Below are positions 6,186 to 16,018 of a DNA stretch of 28,817 bases, in pieces. Within the stretch, counting starts at the first letter, position 1. Every line of letters starts with the position of its first letter. Source of the DNA: a virus (lineage: Duplodnaviria > Caudoviricetes); the IMG/VR virus record IMGVR_UViG_3300016649_000188, positions 1 through 28,817 of that record, one strand, 5' to 3'. The position numbers and the translations under genes are program-made. The notes beneath the pieces are model-generated. The model had not been told where the DNA came from. It did no database searches and worked only from the letters and a program-made list of their open reading frames with translations.

Positions 6186-7595
6186 CTAGACAGGCTTGTT
6201 GATCCGGTAGAGCGTCGCTTCAAGGCACGACATGGTCGTGTTGGCGTTTGCTACGGAATGCGTGATTGAGTAGTTCAACGTCCCGGCCGTGAATGACATG
6301 TTGTTTGCGATAGTTAAGACTGCTTGATCTCCGAACTGAGAACGTGTCGTGTCGATGACGTCCATGCGCGCCGTCGTTGCGTTGGTGATGCGGAAATCGC
6401 CGGTGATGTACCCCATAGGTTGCAGTAGCGTTGCCGGGAGCTGTTCGACATGCCAGACAACCGTCAGACGCCATCTGCGGCTGTTTGCATTGTTGGTCAT
6501 CGAAATTGCGCCAGAAGTGATTCCAGCGGCGTTTCCGGCTGCAAAGGCCAACACGATTTCGTGTGTCAGGTTTGACGTGCCACCTGAGTTGTTGGTGTAG
6601 GTCCCGAGCATCTCAGCGATGATGATGTCGCCGACCGCAAGGTCGGACGGCAACGCCAACGTCGACGCCAACAAACTTGTCTTCGTCGTCGTGTTCGCAA
6701 CCGTTGCACCCGTATCCGTGTCCGACACACGCACACGGTTGTAGTCAGTGCCGATCGTCGCAGCAGCCAACACACCAGACGTGGCCTTCAACAACCCGGT
6801 CGTCGTCGCACGCTTGAGGGTCTTGCCGGCCGTGCCGCTGAAAATCGCAAGTTCGGAATCGACCGACGACGCCGTGTTCGTCGAGGCGTCACCAGCTCCA
6901 AGGTTGGTGCGAGCCGTTGCAGCATCCGACGCACCAGTACCACCATCGGCCACTGCCAGGTCAGTACCTCCGGTCTTGAACACCGAGCTGGCCAACGCAA
7001 TGTTGGCCTCACCGGCAGGCGACTCGGTCACGTCAAAATCGGCCGCAGCGAAGTCCAACGTTGTTGCGTTCGAGACGACCGTCACGTCGCCGTCCTGCAC
7101 CGTCAAACTGCCGCCGCCGCCGCCAGTAGACGCGATCGTGATCGTGTCTGCACCATCGTTGACAGTGATCGTGACGTTTGATCCTGCGACCAGTGCTGCG
7201 CCGATCGTGTCACGCGCACGCTCGTCCAACGTCGTGTAATCGACACCAAGGTTGGTGCGAGCCGTTGCAGCATCCGACGCACCAGTACCACCATCGGCCA
7301 CTGCCAGATCGCTACCGCCGGTCTTGAACACCGAGCTGACCAACGCAATGTTGGCTTCACCGGTCGGTGATTGCGTCACATCGAAATCTGCTGCGGCGAA
7401 GTCGAGCGTGTCAGCATTCGAGACGACCGTCACGTCGCCGTCTTGCACAACTAACGCCGTGCCAGTCCCGGCTGCACCTTGCGGACCTGCAATACCGACA
7501 ACGACAGTCTCGACCTGCGACGCTGCCAGCACCGTCTCCGTCGACCCCGACACGGTCACCGTCGTCGTTTGCACCTCGACGACTTCTACCGTCAT
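6186..7595 (-). CDS. Tail fibre / minor tail protein with internal duplication, 469 aa
   Basis: Two LAVADGGTGASDAATARTNLG fibre motifs, G/T/A-rich composition, and position at the end of the tail module. Confidence 0.8.
   Translation of the reverse strand: MTVEVVEVQTTTVTVSGSTETVLAASQVETVVVGIAGPQGAAGTGTALVVQDGDVTVVSNADTLDFAAADFDVTQSPTGEANIALVSSVFKTGGSDLAVADGGTGASDAATARTNLGVDYTTLDERARDTIGAALVAGSNVTITVNDGADTITIASTGGGGGSLTVQDGDVTVVSNATTLDFAAADFDVTESPAGEANIALASSVFKTGGTDLAVADGGTGASDAATARTNLGAGDASTNTASSVDSELAIFSGTAGKTLKRATTTGLLKATSGVLAAATIGTDYNRVRVSDTDTGATVANTTTKTSLLASTLALPSDLAVGDIIIAEMLGTYTNNSGGTSNLTHEIVLAFAAGNAAGITSGAISMTNNANSRRWRLTVVWHVEQLPATLLQPMGYITGDFRITNATTARMDVIDTTRSQFGDQAVLTIANNMSFTAGTLNYSITHSVANANTTMSCLEATLYRINKPV
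6898..7448. repeat. About 203-bp direct repeat pair (6898-7100 and 7246-7448)
   Basis: Offset 348 nt. The first 62 nt are identical, and the copies encode 68-aa units with 63 of 68 residues identical. Confidence 0.92.
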
Positions 7596-7951
7596 GTCGT
7601 CGCCTCAGGCGTGATCGTCACCTGACCTTCAAGCAGCCGCCGGACCGTCGACCCAGACACAAGCTCGAGGTCCCACACGCCGACAGCCGGAGCGGACAAC
7701 GCCGCCGAGGAAGTCGCCGACAACGTCGGTTGGATCGTGCCAGCCGACCCGCCAAGCGTGATCGTGCCGCCAGCCGACGTCAACGCGAACAGCTGCGATC
7801 CACCGTACGACGACCTGGCCGTCAACCGTGCCGTGTACCCAGTCAAGTTGACAGCAACACCATCAACTTTCCAGGTGAACGTCGGATTCCACGTCGCGCC
7901 TTGCTGCACCACAATGTCCAGCCGGCCGGTCTGGTTCACGGTCGCGGCCAT
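7592..7951 (-). CDS. Minor tail protein, beta-sandwich fibre adaptor (BppU-N/LtfC-like), 119 aa
   Basis: DIVVQQGATW...VNLTGYTAR...WDLEL...RLLEGQVTITPEAT pattern; coupled to the fibre gene. Confidence 0.72.
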   Translation of the reverse strand: MAATVNQTGRLDIVVQQGATWNPTFTWKVDGVAVNLTGYTARLTARSSYGGSQLFALTSAGGTITLGGSAGTIQPTLSATSSAALSAPAVGVWDLELVSGSTVRRLLEGQVTITPEATT

Positions 7952-8472
7952 CAGAACGCCGGACCTTCATCAGACACGACAAGCCACCCCGGCCTTGCCG
8001 AATCGTTCGTCGTTTCCCAGGTCGTCAGGCCGTACCCTTCGGCCGTCACGACATAGGTGACGCTGCCAGACACCGACACGTTCCAGCCGACACAATGCAC
8101 GGTGGACGCAACGTCCGACGACGGCGTCGGGACCTGACAACGACCAAGGACAGTTCCCGAGATCGAGTTCTCGCGGATACGCAACGTCATCTGTTGGTTC
8201 CCGGCGATCGGCGTGCCAGAAGCCGTCGATGTCGGCATCGTCAACCCGGCAGCCGGCTTCAGGTGAGCGACAGCGTCAATGCGATGTTGGCGCGGTCCTC
8301 CCTGGGTCGACACGGTCGACGAATACGACGTCAACAGCACTTCGGTCGTTGAGATCGACGACTGCGTCGACGTGATCTTCTCTCGGCCGATCGCGCCTTG
8401 CGGCGCCTTGTTCATGTTCGCTGACGTCACGTCTTCCTGGTACGACCAGTATTTCCCGGTCCTCGTAGGCAT
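7951..8472 (-). CDS. Minor tail protein, 173 aa
   Basis: Ser/Thr-rich beta protein with an N-terminal VTSANMN motif and a C-terminal LVVSDEGPA; GGGAG RBS. Confidence 0.7.
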   Translation of the reverse strand: MPTRTGKYWSYQEDVTSANMNKAPQGAIGREKITSTQSSISTTEVLLTSYSSTVSTQGGPRQHRIDAVAHLKPAAGLTMPTSTASGTPIAGNQQMTLRIRENSISGTVLGRCQVPTPSSDVASTVHCVGWNVSVSGSVTYVVTAEGYGLTTWETTNDSARPGWLVVSDEGPAF

Positions 8473-8483
8473 AGTGCGCTCCC

Positions 8484-9845
8484 CTAGTAGTTCAGCGTGT
8501 TCAACGCGTCAAGACGTCCATACGTCGCTGTGTCGAGCTGGAAGTATTGGCCGGTATCCGCCAACGCACACCCGTACGTTGTACTCCACGACTGCTGTCC
8601 GATGGCATGCTGGACGGATTCGACATCCACAACTTGTGAGAACGTCACGCCTGTGTCCATCGGCTGTGCGGTCACGGTGATGCGTGTCCCGAGCTCCCAG
8701 CCGAGCACAGACGGAAACAACGTCGACGCTGCACGTTGCGGAACGACCGTGAACTCCCGAACGCGAGTTCTCGGCTGCGCGTAACGTGCGATCATCCAGT
8801 CCGTCGCGTCAGCAAGTTCAGCGGTGTCGGCGTGCAACAGGTCGTTCTGTTCGTCGGCGATCAGGCCGTACAGGTTGATTGACGCCACTGACCTGGCCGT
8901 CACTGTCGTGTCTTGGTCTCGGCCGCGCCGCACCTCGTTACGGACCAAGTCGATCGACTCAGGGTCAATCACCAGGTCCTCATAACGGTAGCCAGTCGCC
9001 GACGTATCAACAAACGTGGCGCTCGAGGTCGCGTTCGCGACCGTATGCCGGCCTTGAAACGTGACCATTCCGTCCGCAGCGATGAACAGCTTCGCGTTTT
9101 CGGTGCGGCAGATCCGGTCGAGGTAGTCGCCGAGCTGGTCGTCCTCAGGGATGTCGGCTATAAGTTGCGTGTCGCCGCCGTCAACGTCCAAGAGCGCCGT
9201 TGGCAGGCCAGCAGTCGTCAACAGGTTCGTGACGCGAGATCCCGAATACTCGACCGGCAGGTCAGGTTTGCGGTCTGCCAGCTTGTTCGATGCGTCAAGC
9301 CTTGCTGCCTGGCCGTCGGACAAGTCCAGCACGAACGGCCGGCCAGGACGCAACGTCCGGCGAGCCAGCAACGTCGTCATGTCCGTGCACGACAGTTCGC
9401 AAACCAGGTCGTTCTGCGACAGATGCTGGACTTGCGGCCAGCCGTCCACGAAACCTGTGAACAGGGTGTATGTGGTGCCAGACCACGTTGCGCGTAACTG
9501 GATCGGGATGTTTGGCCTGAGCGCCGTCAGATAGGCCGACGCAGTGTTCAGCGGGTCGAGCGCACGGTCTCGGTTATCGACCGTGAGTTCCATCACGCCA
9601 GCCTCGAACGGACCGAGTTCGTCGTTGCGGCCTCGTGTGATCGTGATGCCGGCACTGTGGCGGATGCGTTGACGGACGGTGCCGTCGACCGTGATGGTCG
9701 GGAACGCTTCCCACGACGGGGTGGTGAACGGTCCAGTCGTCGGCGACCACCACAGGGTGATCTGTGGGAACGTTTCGACGTTGACGGTCGGGTTGTCGAA
9801 TCCGATTGCTGCGTCGAACGCGACGGCGGCGTTGAAACTGGTCAC
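8484..9845 (-). CDS. Minor tail (tail-tip hub-like) protein, 453 aa
   Basis: ITITRGR...AGVMELTVDNRDRALDP, LFTGFVDGW, LFIAADGMVTFQGR and ELGTRITV motifs are typical of siphophage tail-tip proteins. Confidence 0.78.
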   Translation of the reverse strand: MTSFNAAVAFDAAIGFDNPTVNVETFPQITLWWSPTTGPFTTPSWEAFPTITVDGTVRQRIRHSAGITITRGRNDELGPFEAGVMELTVDNRDRALDPLNTASAYLTALRPNIPIQLRATWSGTTYTLFTGFVDGWPQVQHLSQNDLVCELSCTDMTTLLARRTLRPGRPFVLDLSDGQAARLDASNKLADRKPDLPVEYSGSRVTNLLTTAGLPTALLDVDGGDTQLIADIPEDDQLGDYLDRICRTENAKLFIAADGMVTFQGRHTVANATSSATFVDTSATGYRYEDLVIDPESIDLVRNEVRRGRDQDTTVTARSVASINLYGLIADEQNDLLHADTAELADATDWMIARYAQPRTRVREFTVVPQRAASTLFPSVLGWELGTRITVTAQPMDTGVTFSQVVDVESVQHAIGQQSWSTTYGCALADTGQYFQLDTATYGRLDALNTLNY

Positions 9846-12800
9846 GGTAGGTTGTGGCCGGTCCAGGTGGCGGTCGAGCCGTTACCACCGGCTGTGACCA
9901 CCCAGCCAGCGTGGGTAGTCACAGAGCTCATGTCGTTTTCGATCCGGTAGCCGGCGGGGAAGTAACCGTGCTTGCCTGAGGCGCCAGCTGTGGACGGTGT
10001 GGTCGACAGGTATTGCCACGAGTTCCCACGTTGGATGACTCGTGCTGACGCGTCATCGTTCGAGCCGTCGAACGGGATGCCGATGCCGGTGAAGCTACAG
10101 CCGGAGATCGCCCCGTTGAGTTTCGCGCCGGACGTCTGGCGTGCCAGTTTGAGGCCGTTGACGGTCATCTTGTAGATCACTGCCGACGTCGTCCACGCCT
10201 GGCCGACGGTCTGGCTGTGGCCACGCACACAGTTCGAGAACGTGTTTGTCGCCAACGTCCCGAGCCGGATCACTTCGGTGGTGCTTTGTGTCGTGTCGGT
10301 GATGAGGATGACGTCACCGGCAGCCAGGCCGTGTCCTGTGTTGAACACAATGGTGGTGTCCGAGCTTGAAATGCCGGCGTTCAGCACTGCGGCCGACGCC
10401 GTGTTGTTCGTTTCGACTCGTGACTGGCCGTTGAACCCGACGACGGAGAACGGCGCTGTCGTGCCGGCGCCGTACACGCTCTGGACGTACAGCAACCATT
10501 TGGTGTGGATCTGGTTGTCAAGGTCGGCGTGTGCTTTGCATCCGACGAGGGTCGGTCCGCGCTTGTTGAACGGCCGGATGAAGAATGCGTAGTACTCGGC
10601 GGCGGTGCCGTTGTTGGTCGCTTGGCCGAAGTCGGCGATCATGACTGATTCGATGCGGCAAGCGGCCGAGTCGATCCTGATGCCGTGCTTGACACGGCAG
10701 CCAGGGAAGCCGGTGCGAGACGCCGGATAGTTCCCGTAGCCGTGTCCGCCTCGATAGAGGGTCGCGCCGCCATTCGCGTCGTAGACGTACATGCCGTAGA
10801 ACACGTTGCCGTACGAGGCGTTGCCGGACGCAGCTGACGAGTTGTCGACGTCGAGCTGGTTCGCGTTTGAGCAGTACCAGTCAATCACGTGTCCGTCGTT
10901 GATGTTTGATTTCCCCGACGTTGCGTCGGCGTTGTGGATGCCGTCCAGGCCAGGGAACTCAATCCAGATCCGTTCCAGCACCCACTGGATGCCTTCACCG
11001 ACGTCGGTGCTGCGGTCCCGACCGTTCGAGTCGAAGAAGATGCCGCAGCCGTACGGCCGGACGATCTGCACGTCTCGGATGCGCGACCGGTTGGGTGCGC
11101 CGATCGCGATGCCATGACCGTCCCCGACGATTGTCGCCGCCCGCGCATTCGTTGTGGACAAGTTCCTAACTTCGGTGACGGCCGTGCCGACAGCGTGCGT
11201 CGCGGCAGTTGACCCGTACGCACCTCGAGTGACCGTCGCTGCACGGTAACCCGTCAACGTGATGCTGGACCCGGTGCCGGTAGCGGCGTTCGACAGGACT
11301 GCCGACACACCAGCTGAGACAGACACAATGTACGTGTCGGCCGGGATGTTGGTGCCGGTCACGTAGCGGTTTACGTCACCTGACGCGAAGTTCGCCGAGG
11401 TGACCGTCGTCGATGCGTTCGTGGTCGAACAGTTAGTGATCGTCCGGGTCGAGTTGGCAGTGACCGCAGTCACCGACATCAACTCCGCTTCGCAGACCAG
11501 AATGTCGCCTGCGGCAACTTGTGAGAGGCTTCCGAGAGGGAACCGGGTGAGAGCCGCACCGATCGTGCCGCTCCCACCACCAACACTGGTGATCGACTCC
11601 CAGTCGCGATGGTTACCGTCGAGCGTCAGGTCTTTGATCTCGACGTACTTTTGGCCGTTCGCGGACGTTGACGCAGTCAGCTGCCTGTTGCAGTTATGCC
11701 ACCAGTAGTAGCCGGCGATCATCGCGTCGAGGTTCGCGCCGTTGCGTTGTTTGAGGACCGTCTTGCCGATGCCTTGGCCGACGAGCTGGACGTTGTCCGG
11801 CAGAATGATCGCGTCGGAGATCTCGAACGGTGCGCCTGGCAGCGAGTTGTCGCCATACGACGGCGGCAGGATGACGGTGCCAGATCCGGTTGGCATCGGG
11901 TAGACCTTGTCGCCGGTCGTGAGCGTGCCGGTCCCGGCCGGCAGGCTGACTCCTGTCAGTGACGTGGACGTGATGCCGGTGTAGTCCAGCTCGACACGTT
12001 TTGTGCTGGGGTTGTTGATGACAACCACGACCCGGCCGCCAGCAGGATCGAACCGGCCGGACGTGGACACCACGTTCAGCGTTCCGCTGCCGGTGAACGT
12101 TGTGATGTCCACACCGTTCGAGCCGGCCGCTACCGTCGTCGGGGACGCTGTGACGTCAAAGCCGACAATGTCAGAGATGGCTGCGTTGATTGCTGCGGCG
12201 TTCGCTGTCGCGATCGACGCCGACGAAGTCGACGACAGCCAGACAGACCACGGCAACGACCCAGGCCGGACCGTTGTCGGGACGCCAGACACGGTCACAT
12301 CTCGTGGCCGCCACGACGTCCAGTCCGACGTCGCCTGGGTCACGCCAGCCGCCGGGAACTTCACGTGCCGGTTCGTGTTCGCAAATCCGATGTGTGCGAC
12401 GGACGGAGCGACGTTCAACGCCCAGGTCGCATCATGCAGGGTGCAGTTGTCGGTCCCCTCGAACGCAACCCACGTCGAGATGACGTTCGTGGCCGTGTTC
12501 GTGAACGACGGCCGGTCAATCACGACGTTCTGGCACGAGTCGGACATGATGACGCCTTTGACCGGCGTCGAGTACGACGCGTCGTAAGCAAGCCACGACA
12601 TCAGCGGACCGTCGAACTTCACACCGTCGACGGCCTCAAGCACGACCCGGTTGATGTCGCGTACGTACGCCGATTCGATCTTCAGCGACCAGAACGTCAC
12701 ATGGCCAGGTTTTTGCGCGCCGCTGCCAAGGCCGTCGGCGCCTTTGCCGGTGATTGTGACGTCGTACGTCCTGACCGATTCGATGGTGCCGCCAACGAAC

Positions 12801-13531
12801 CGAAGGTTGTTGGAGTCAACAACGCCGCCTTTGACGGTGTCGTTGTTGTGTGATCCGATCCAGATGCCGCCGGTGCAGTCTTGGATGCGCCAGTCGCCAT
12901 CGAACATCGAGTCCCAGGCGCCGTAGCAGCGCAAGCCGAGCAGGACACCATCGACTCGGAAGTCGGTGAGGTGCAGCGACGATGCGTCCTCGCAGTTGAT
13001 GCCGACGGTGGCGACACCGCCAGTGATCCGCATCCGAGCCAGGCCAGCGTTCTTCGTGTGGCCTGACGACGACGTCCCCGACCAGGTCCCCTTGAACTGC
13101 ACTGCCGGATTCGTGGCGTGCGTACAGTTCAGCGTCGTCTGTGCCTCGCCGCATCCCAGCAGATAGACGTTGTTCGGGACCGTGATCCCGGTCATGTTGT
13201 ACGTCCCCGGCGGGAAGAACACCACTCCGCCGGACGTCGACACGGCAGTGATCGCACTGTTGATCGCAGTCGTGTCGTTCGTTGAGCCGTTCCCGACTGC
13301 GCCGTACGCCGAACCCTTCACGTTCACACAAGCCGTGGACGTCAGCGCCGTGAACGCCGCCGCGAACGTGTCGTACGACCCCTTACCGGTCTGGACATCG
13401 ACCATCAACGCGTTCAGTGCGGCACCCAGGTTGCCATGCAACGTCGAGTGCGGCGCCGTAGACAAGTTCTGGCTGGCCAACGTCGCCGCAGACGGAAACC
13501 CGCCGACGTACGTCTCCCAAGGTGCAGGCAT
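9842..13531 (-). CDS. Tailspike/depolymerase with two pectate-lyase-3-like right-handed beta-helix domains, 1229 aa
   Basis: VNVKGSAYGAVGNGSTNDTTAINSAI...VVFFPPGTY cap motif. A second cap reads NAAAINAAI...TVILPP...IILPDNVQLVGQG. GGGGAGG RBS. Confidence 0.82.
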   Translation of the reverse strand: MPAPWETYVGGFPSAATLASQNLSTAPHSTLHGNLGAALNALMVDVQTGKGSYDTFAAAFTALTSTACVNVKGSAYGAVGNGSTNDTTAINSAITAVSTSGGVVFFPPGTYNMTGITVPNNVYLLGCGEAQTTLNCTHATNPAVQFKGTWSGTSSSGHTKNAGLARMRITGGVATVGINCEDASSLHLTDFRVDGVLLGLRCYGAWDSMFDGDWRIQDCTGGIWIGSHNNDTVKGGVVDSNNLRFVGGTIESVRTYDVTITGKGADGLGSGAQKPGHVTFWSLKIESAYVRDINRVVLEAVDGVKFDGPLMSWLAYDASYSTPVKGVIMSDSCQNVVIDRPSFTNTATNVISTWVAFEGTDNCTLHDATWALNVAPSVAHIGFANTNRHVKFPAAGVTQATSDWTSWRPRDVTVSGVPTTVRPGSLPWSVWLSSTSSASIATANAAAINAAISDIVGFDVTASPTTVAAGSNGVDITTFTGSGTLNVVSTSGRFDPAGGRVVVVINNPSTKRVELDYTGITSTSLTGVSLPAGTGTLTTGDKVYPMPTGSGTVILPPSYGDNSLPGAPFEISDAIILPDNVQLVGQGIGKTVLKQRNGANLDAMIAGYYWWHNCNRQLTASTSANGQKYVEIKDLTLDGNHRDWESITSVGGGSGTIGAALTRFPLGSLSQVAAGDILVCEAELMSVTAVTANSTRTITNCSTTNASTTVTSANFASGDVNRYVTGTNIPADTYIVSVSAGVSAVLSNAATGTGSSITLTGYRAATVTRGAYGSTAATHAVGTAVTEVRNLSTTNARAATIVGDGHGIAIGAPNRSRIRDVQIVRPYGCGIFFDSNGRDRSTDVGEGIQWVLERIWIEFPGLDGIHNADATSGKSNINDGHVIDWYCSNANQLDVDNSSAASGNASYGNVFYGMYVYDANGGATLYRGGHGYGNYPASRTGFPGCRVKHGIRIDSAACRIESVMIADFGQATNNGTAAEYYAFFIRPFNKRGPTLVGCKAHADLDNQIHTKWLLYVQSVYGAGTTAPFSVVGFNGQSRVETNNTASAAVLNAGISSSDTTIVFNTGHGLAAGDVILITDTTQSTTEVIRLGTLATNTFSNCVRGHSQTVGQAWTTSAVIYKMTVNGLKLARQTSGAKLNGAISGCSFTGIGIPFDGSNDDASARVIQRGNSWQYLSTTPSTAGASGKHGYFPAGYRIENDMSSVTTHAGWVVTAGGNGSTATWTGHNLP

Positions 13532-13543
13532 CCCGGTCCTCCC

Positions 13544-15859
13544 CTATGCGACGTCGCGGTCACCGCGACGTCGCGCCTCGCGGATGGCGTTGACCACCAT
13601 CCGCTCAAAGTCTCGCTTCGAGCCTGCAACTGGCCCGTTGAAGTTGACGACGACCGCCTGGCCGGAACTCGCACCGAACCGTGCTGTAGGCGCCGTGCGG
13701 CTGTTCGGCACGATCGTCCCCGACGATTTCGGCACGAACAGTTCCGGTCCTTGTTCACCGACGAGGTAGGCGCCGCCGGCCTGGACCGGACCACCAGCTG
13801 CTCGAGGCGTGACAGAGAACCCGGCGCCGAGCAGTTCTCCGGTCGTGCTGTTTGTGCTCCCAGTCAGGTTGTTCAACGCGTCAGTGACGGCTTGGATCGC
13901 AATCAGTGCCGATGACGCGTTGACCGTGATGGTCGTCGCGCGTCTCCTCGGAATCTGCAACACCTTTGCGATGTAGCGTTCCAGCGACGTGCGAGCAGGA
14001 CCGTCCAGTTCGTCGCGTTGCCGAATCAACGCAGCCACGAACCGTTGCGTCGTCTTGATCGAGTTGTCTTTGGTTGTCTTGAAGTTCGTTTCTGCTTTGG
14101 CGGCCGCAATCGTTGCCGCTGCGGCGTCTTCCGTCGTAGCAAAGTAGTTCAGCTGTGCACGTTGCAAGTCACGAGTTGCTTGTGCCAACTCGTCTTGCGT
14201 CGCAGTCCCAGACTGTTGCAGCTCGGTCAATCTGCGTTGCCGGTCAGCGACCTCGGCGGCAGCGTCAGCAACGTCAAGCTGCGCCGTCGCCGCGTTACGC
14301 AACGTCTCATTCCTTGACGACTGACGTGCCAAGAACCGGTCGTAAGCCGCTGACAGACGACTGATCTTCCGTGTATGCCGTTCAGCGGCGGCCGCCACTC
14401 TGTCCTGAGCTGCGGCAGCGTCGTCCAATGCTCGAGCCGCAGCCGTGTACTTCGGAAACACCCGCAGCACTGCCTCAGTCGAGACGCCAGCCTGCAACGC
14501 CGCTTTCTGGATGCGGCCAAACGCCGCGATCGCCGCCTGCGGCGACGTCTCAGCCAACTGCGCCAACTGCGCGTCAAGATCAGCAAACAGGTTTTGGACA
14601 CGCTTGAACTCAGTTGCGCCAAGCCGCTTCGGGAAGTTCGCCAGGACTCCGCCAGCATCTTGCGCCAACTGAATGAACCGTGCCAACCCACGTTGCGGTC
14701 CAGCCAAGCTTTTGTCGTACTCGTCCAGGTCCCTGATCGCCTGCGCGACGTTCTTGTTGAACTCTGAACCGACACCGAGCTTCTCGGCCAACACACCCGA
14801 GATGCGAGTCTGTGCAAGCTCGTCGACCGACACCTTCAACCGGTCAACCGACACCCGTTCATTACCGAGCGACGCATACGCCGCACCGAGCAGACCGATC
14901 GCAGCCGTGACAGCCGACAAGCCAACCGCAGCACGACCAAGACTGTTCAGCGAACGTGCGCCATCGTCCCCGACGACCGTCAACGAGTTCCGCAGATTCT
15001 GCGCCTGGCCGGCCAGCAGCAAGAACGACCCGGTGACAGCGCCGACGCTGACACCGATCGCGCCGAACCGGCCAATCAGGGTTTGGGTGTCAGGCGACAG
15101 CGTCTGGAACTGGTCGGACGTGGCACGCAACGGACCGAGCAGTTCTTGAAACACCGGGATGACGCCGGCGCCGACTCCCTCAGCGATCTCGCCAAGGTCA
15201 CGCTTGACCTGCTGCAACTGTCCCGAGAACGTCTTCGCTTGGTTCTCGGCGAAGCCGCCGACAGTGCGCGTCAACCCCTCGAACACAACCTGGGTGTTGT
15301 CGGCGCCTTTTGCGACGTCGCCAATGTCGACACCGAACCGTTTCAGAGCGCCAGCAGACCCGTCAACGGCTTTCCCGACCGCTTTCGCAGCCTGATCCAG
15401 ACCGACACCCATCTTCGCAGACAGATCCACGACAAGCGGCGTCAACTTCAGGATCTGATCTTCGGTCAGACCAAACTGGCCCAGCAACGCCTGCGACGAC
15501 ACGATCTGATCGTCGTCAACGACAGTCTTGCGAGCGATCGCCGACGCAAGATCAGTGAACGCCTTTGTTGACGCGTTCGCGAGCTGCGGCTGGTTCCGAA
15601 GCGTGTTCTCCAGACGCAACTGTGACTGTTGCGCCTCGTCGGCAGCTTGTGCCGCAGAGAACAAGCCAGCGCCGGCCACGGCCGAGAACGACACAAGACC
15701 GGCGCCGACGTTCGTGAGCGTGGCACCCCAGTCACGAGTTGCTTTGCTGGCACGACCAAGGTCGCGTTGCGCAGCCTGGCCAGCCTTCTCGACTTCCTTG
15801 ATTGCTTGTGCCGTATCGGCCTTGACCAGGATCTTGATGGTGTCAGTGAACGTTGCCAC
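13544..15859 (-). CDS. Tape measure protein, 771 aa
   Basis: Long Ala-rich helical protein, N-terminal IKILVKADT, C-terminal RAAGGPV...YLVGEQGPELFVP; follows the tail chaperone. Confidence 0.92.
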   Translation of the reverse strand: MATFTDTIKILVKADTAQAIKEVEKAGQAAQRDLGRASKATRDWGATLTNVGAGLVSFSAVAGAGLFSAAQAADEAQQSQLRLENTLRNQPQLANASTKAFTDLASAIARKTVVDDDQIVSSQALLGQFGLTEDQILKLTPLVVDLSAKMGVGLDQAAKAVGKAVDGSAGALKRFGVDIGDVAKGADNTQVVFEGLTRTVGGFAENQAKTFSGQLQQVKRDLGEIAEGVGAGVIPVFQELLGPLRATSDQFQTLSPDTQTLIGRFGAIGVSVGAVTGSFLLLAGQAQNLRNSLTVVGDDGARSLNSLGRAAVGLSAVTAAIGLLGAAYASLGNERVSVDRLKVSVDELAQTRISGVLAEKLGVGSEFNKNVAQAIRDLDEYDKSLAGPQRGLARFIQLAQDAGGVLANFPKRLGATEFKRVQNLFADLDAQLAQLAETSPQAAIAAFGRIQKAALQAGVSTEAVLRVFPKYTAAARALDDAAAAQDRVAAAAERHTRKISRLSAAYDRFLARQSSRNETLRNAATAQLDVADAAAEVADRQRRLTELQQSGTATQDELAQATRDLQRAQLNYFATTEDAAAATIAAAKAETNFKTTKDNSIKTTQRFVAALIRQRDELDGPARTSLERYIAKVLQIPRRRATTITVNASSALIAIQAVTDALNNLTGSTNSTTGELLGAGFSVTPRAAGGPVQAGGAYLVGEQGPELFVPKSSGTIVPNSRTAPTARFGASSGQAVVVNFNGPVAGSKRDFERMVVNAIREARRRGDRDVA

Positions 15860-15862
15860 GGA

Positions 15863-16018
15863 TCACTCGCTCCTGGGGGACGGCGCACCGACGGTCATCG
15901 CGTCGATAAGCACAAGTAGGTCACGGATTGGTTGCGCTCGGACGACGTCCGGCGGCCAACAGAAAGGCGGACGGCCAAAGAAGACGATCAGTTCGTCTCC
16001 TGGCCGTCCTCCGTAGGG
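15863..16018 (-). CDS. C-terminal (-1 frame) extension of the tail assembly chaperone
   Basis: Open -1 frame LIVFFGRPPFCWPPDVVRAQPIRDLLVL fills the chaperone-TMP gap and has no convincing start of its own. Confidence 0.6.
   Translation of the reverse strand, partial: PYGGRPGDELIVFFGRPPFCWPPDVVRAQPIRDLLVLIDAMTVGAPSPRSE

Noticed and set aside
6898-7448. Repeat pair as a diversity-generating retroelement TR/VR
   Set aside because: Both copies are in frame within one gene, differences are mostly synonymous and not adenine-specific, and there is no reverse transcriptase in the window.
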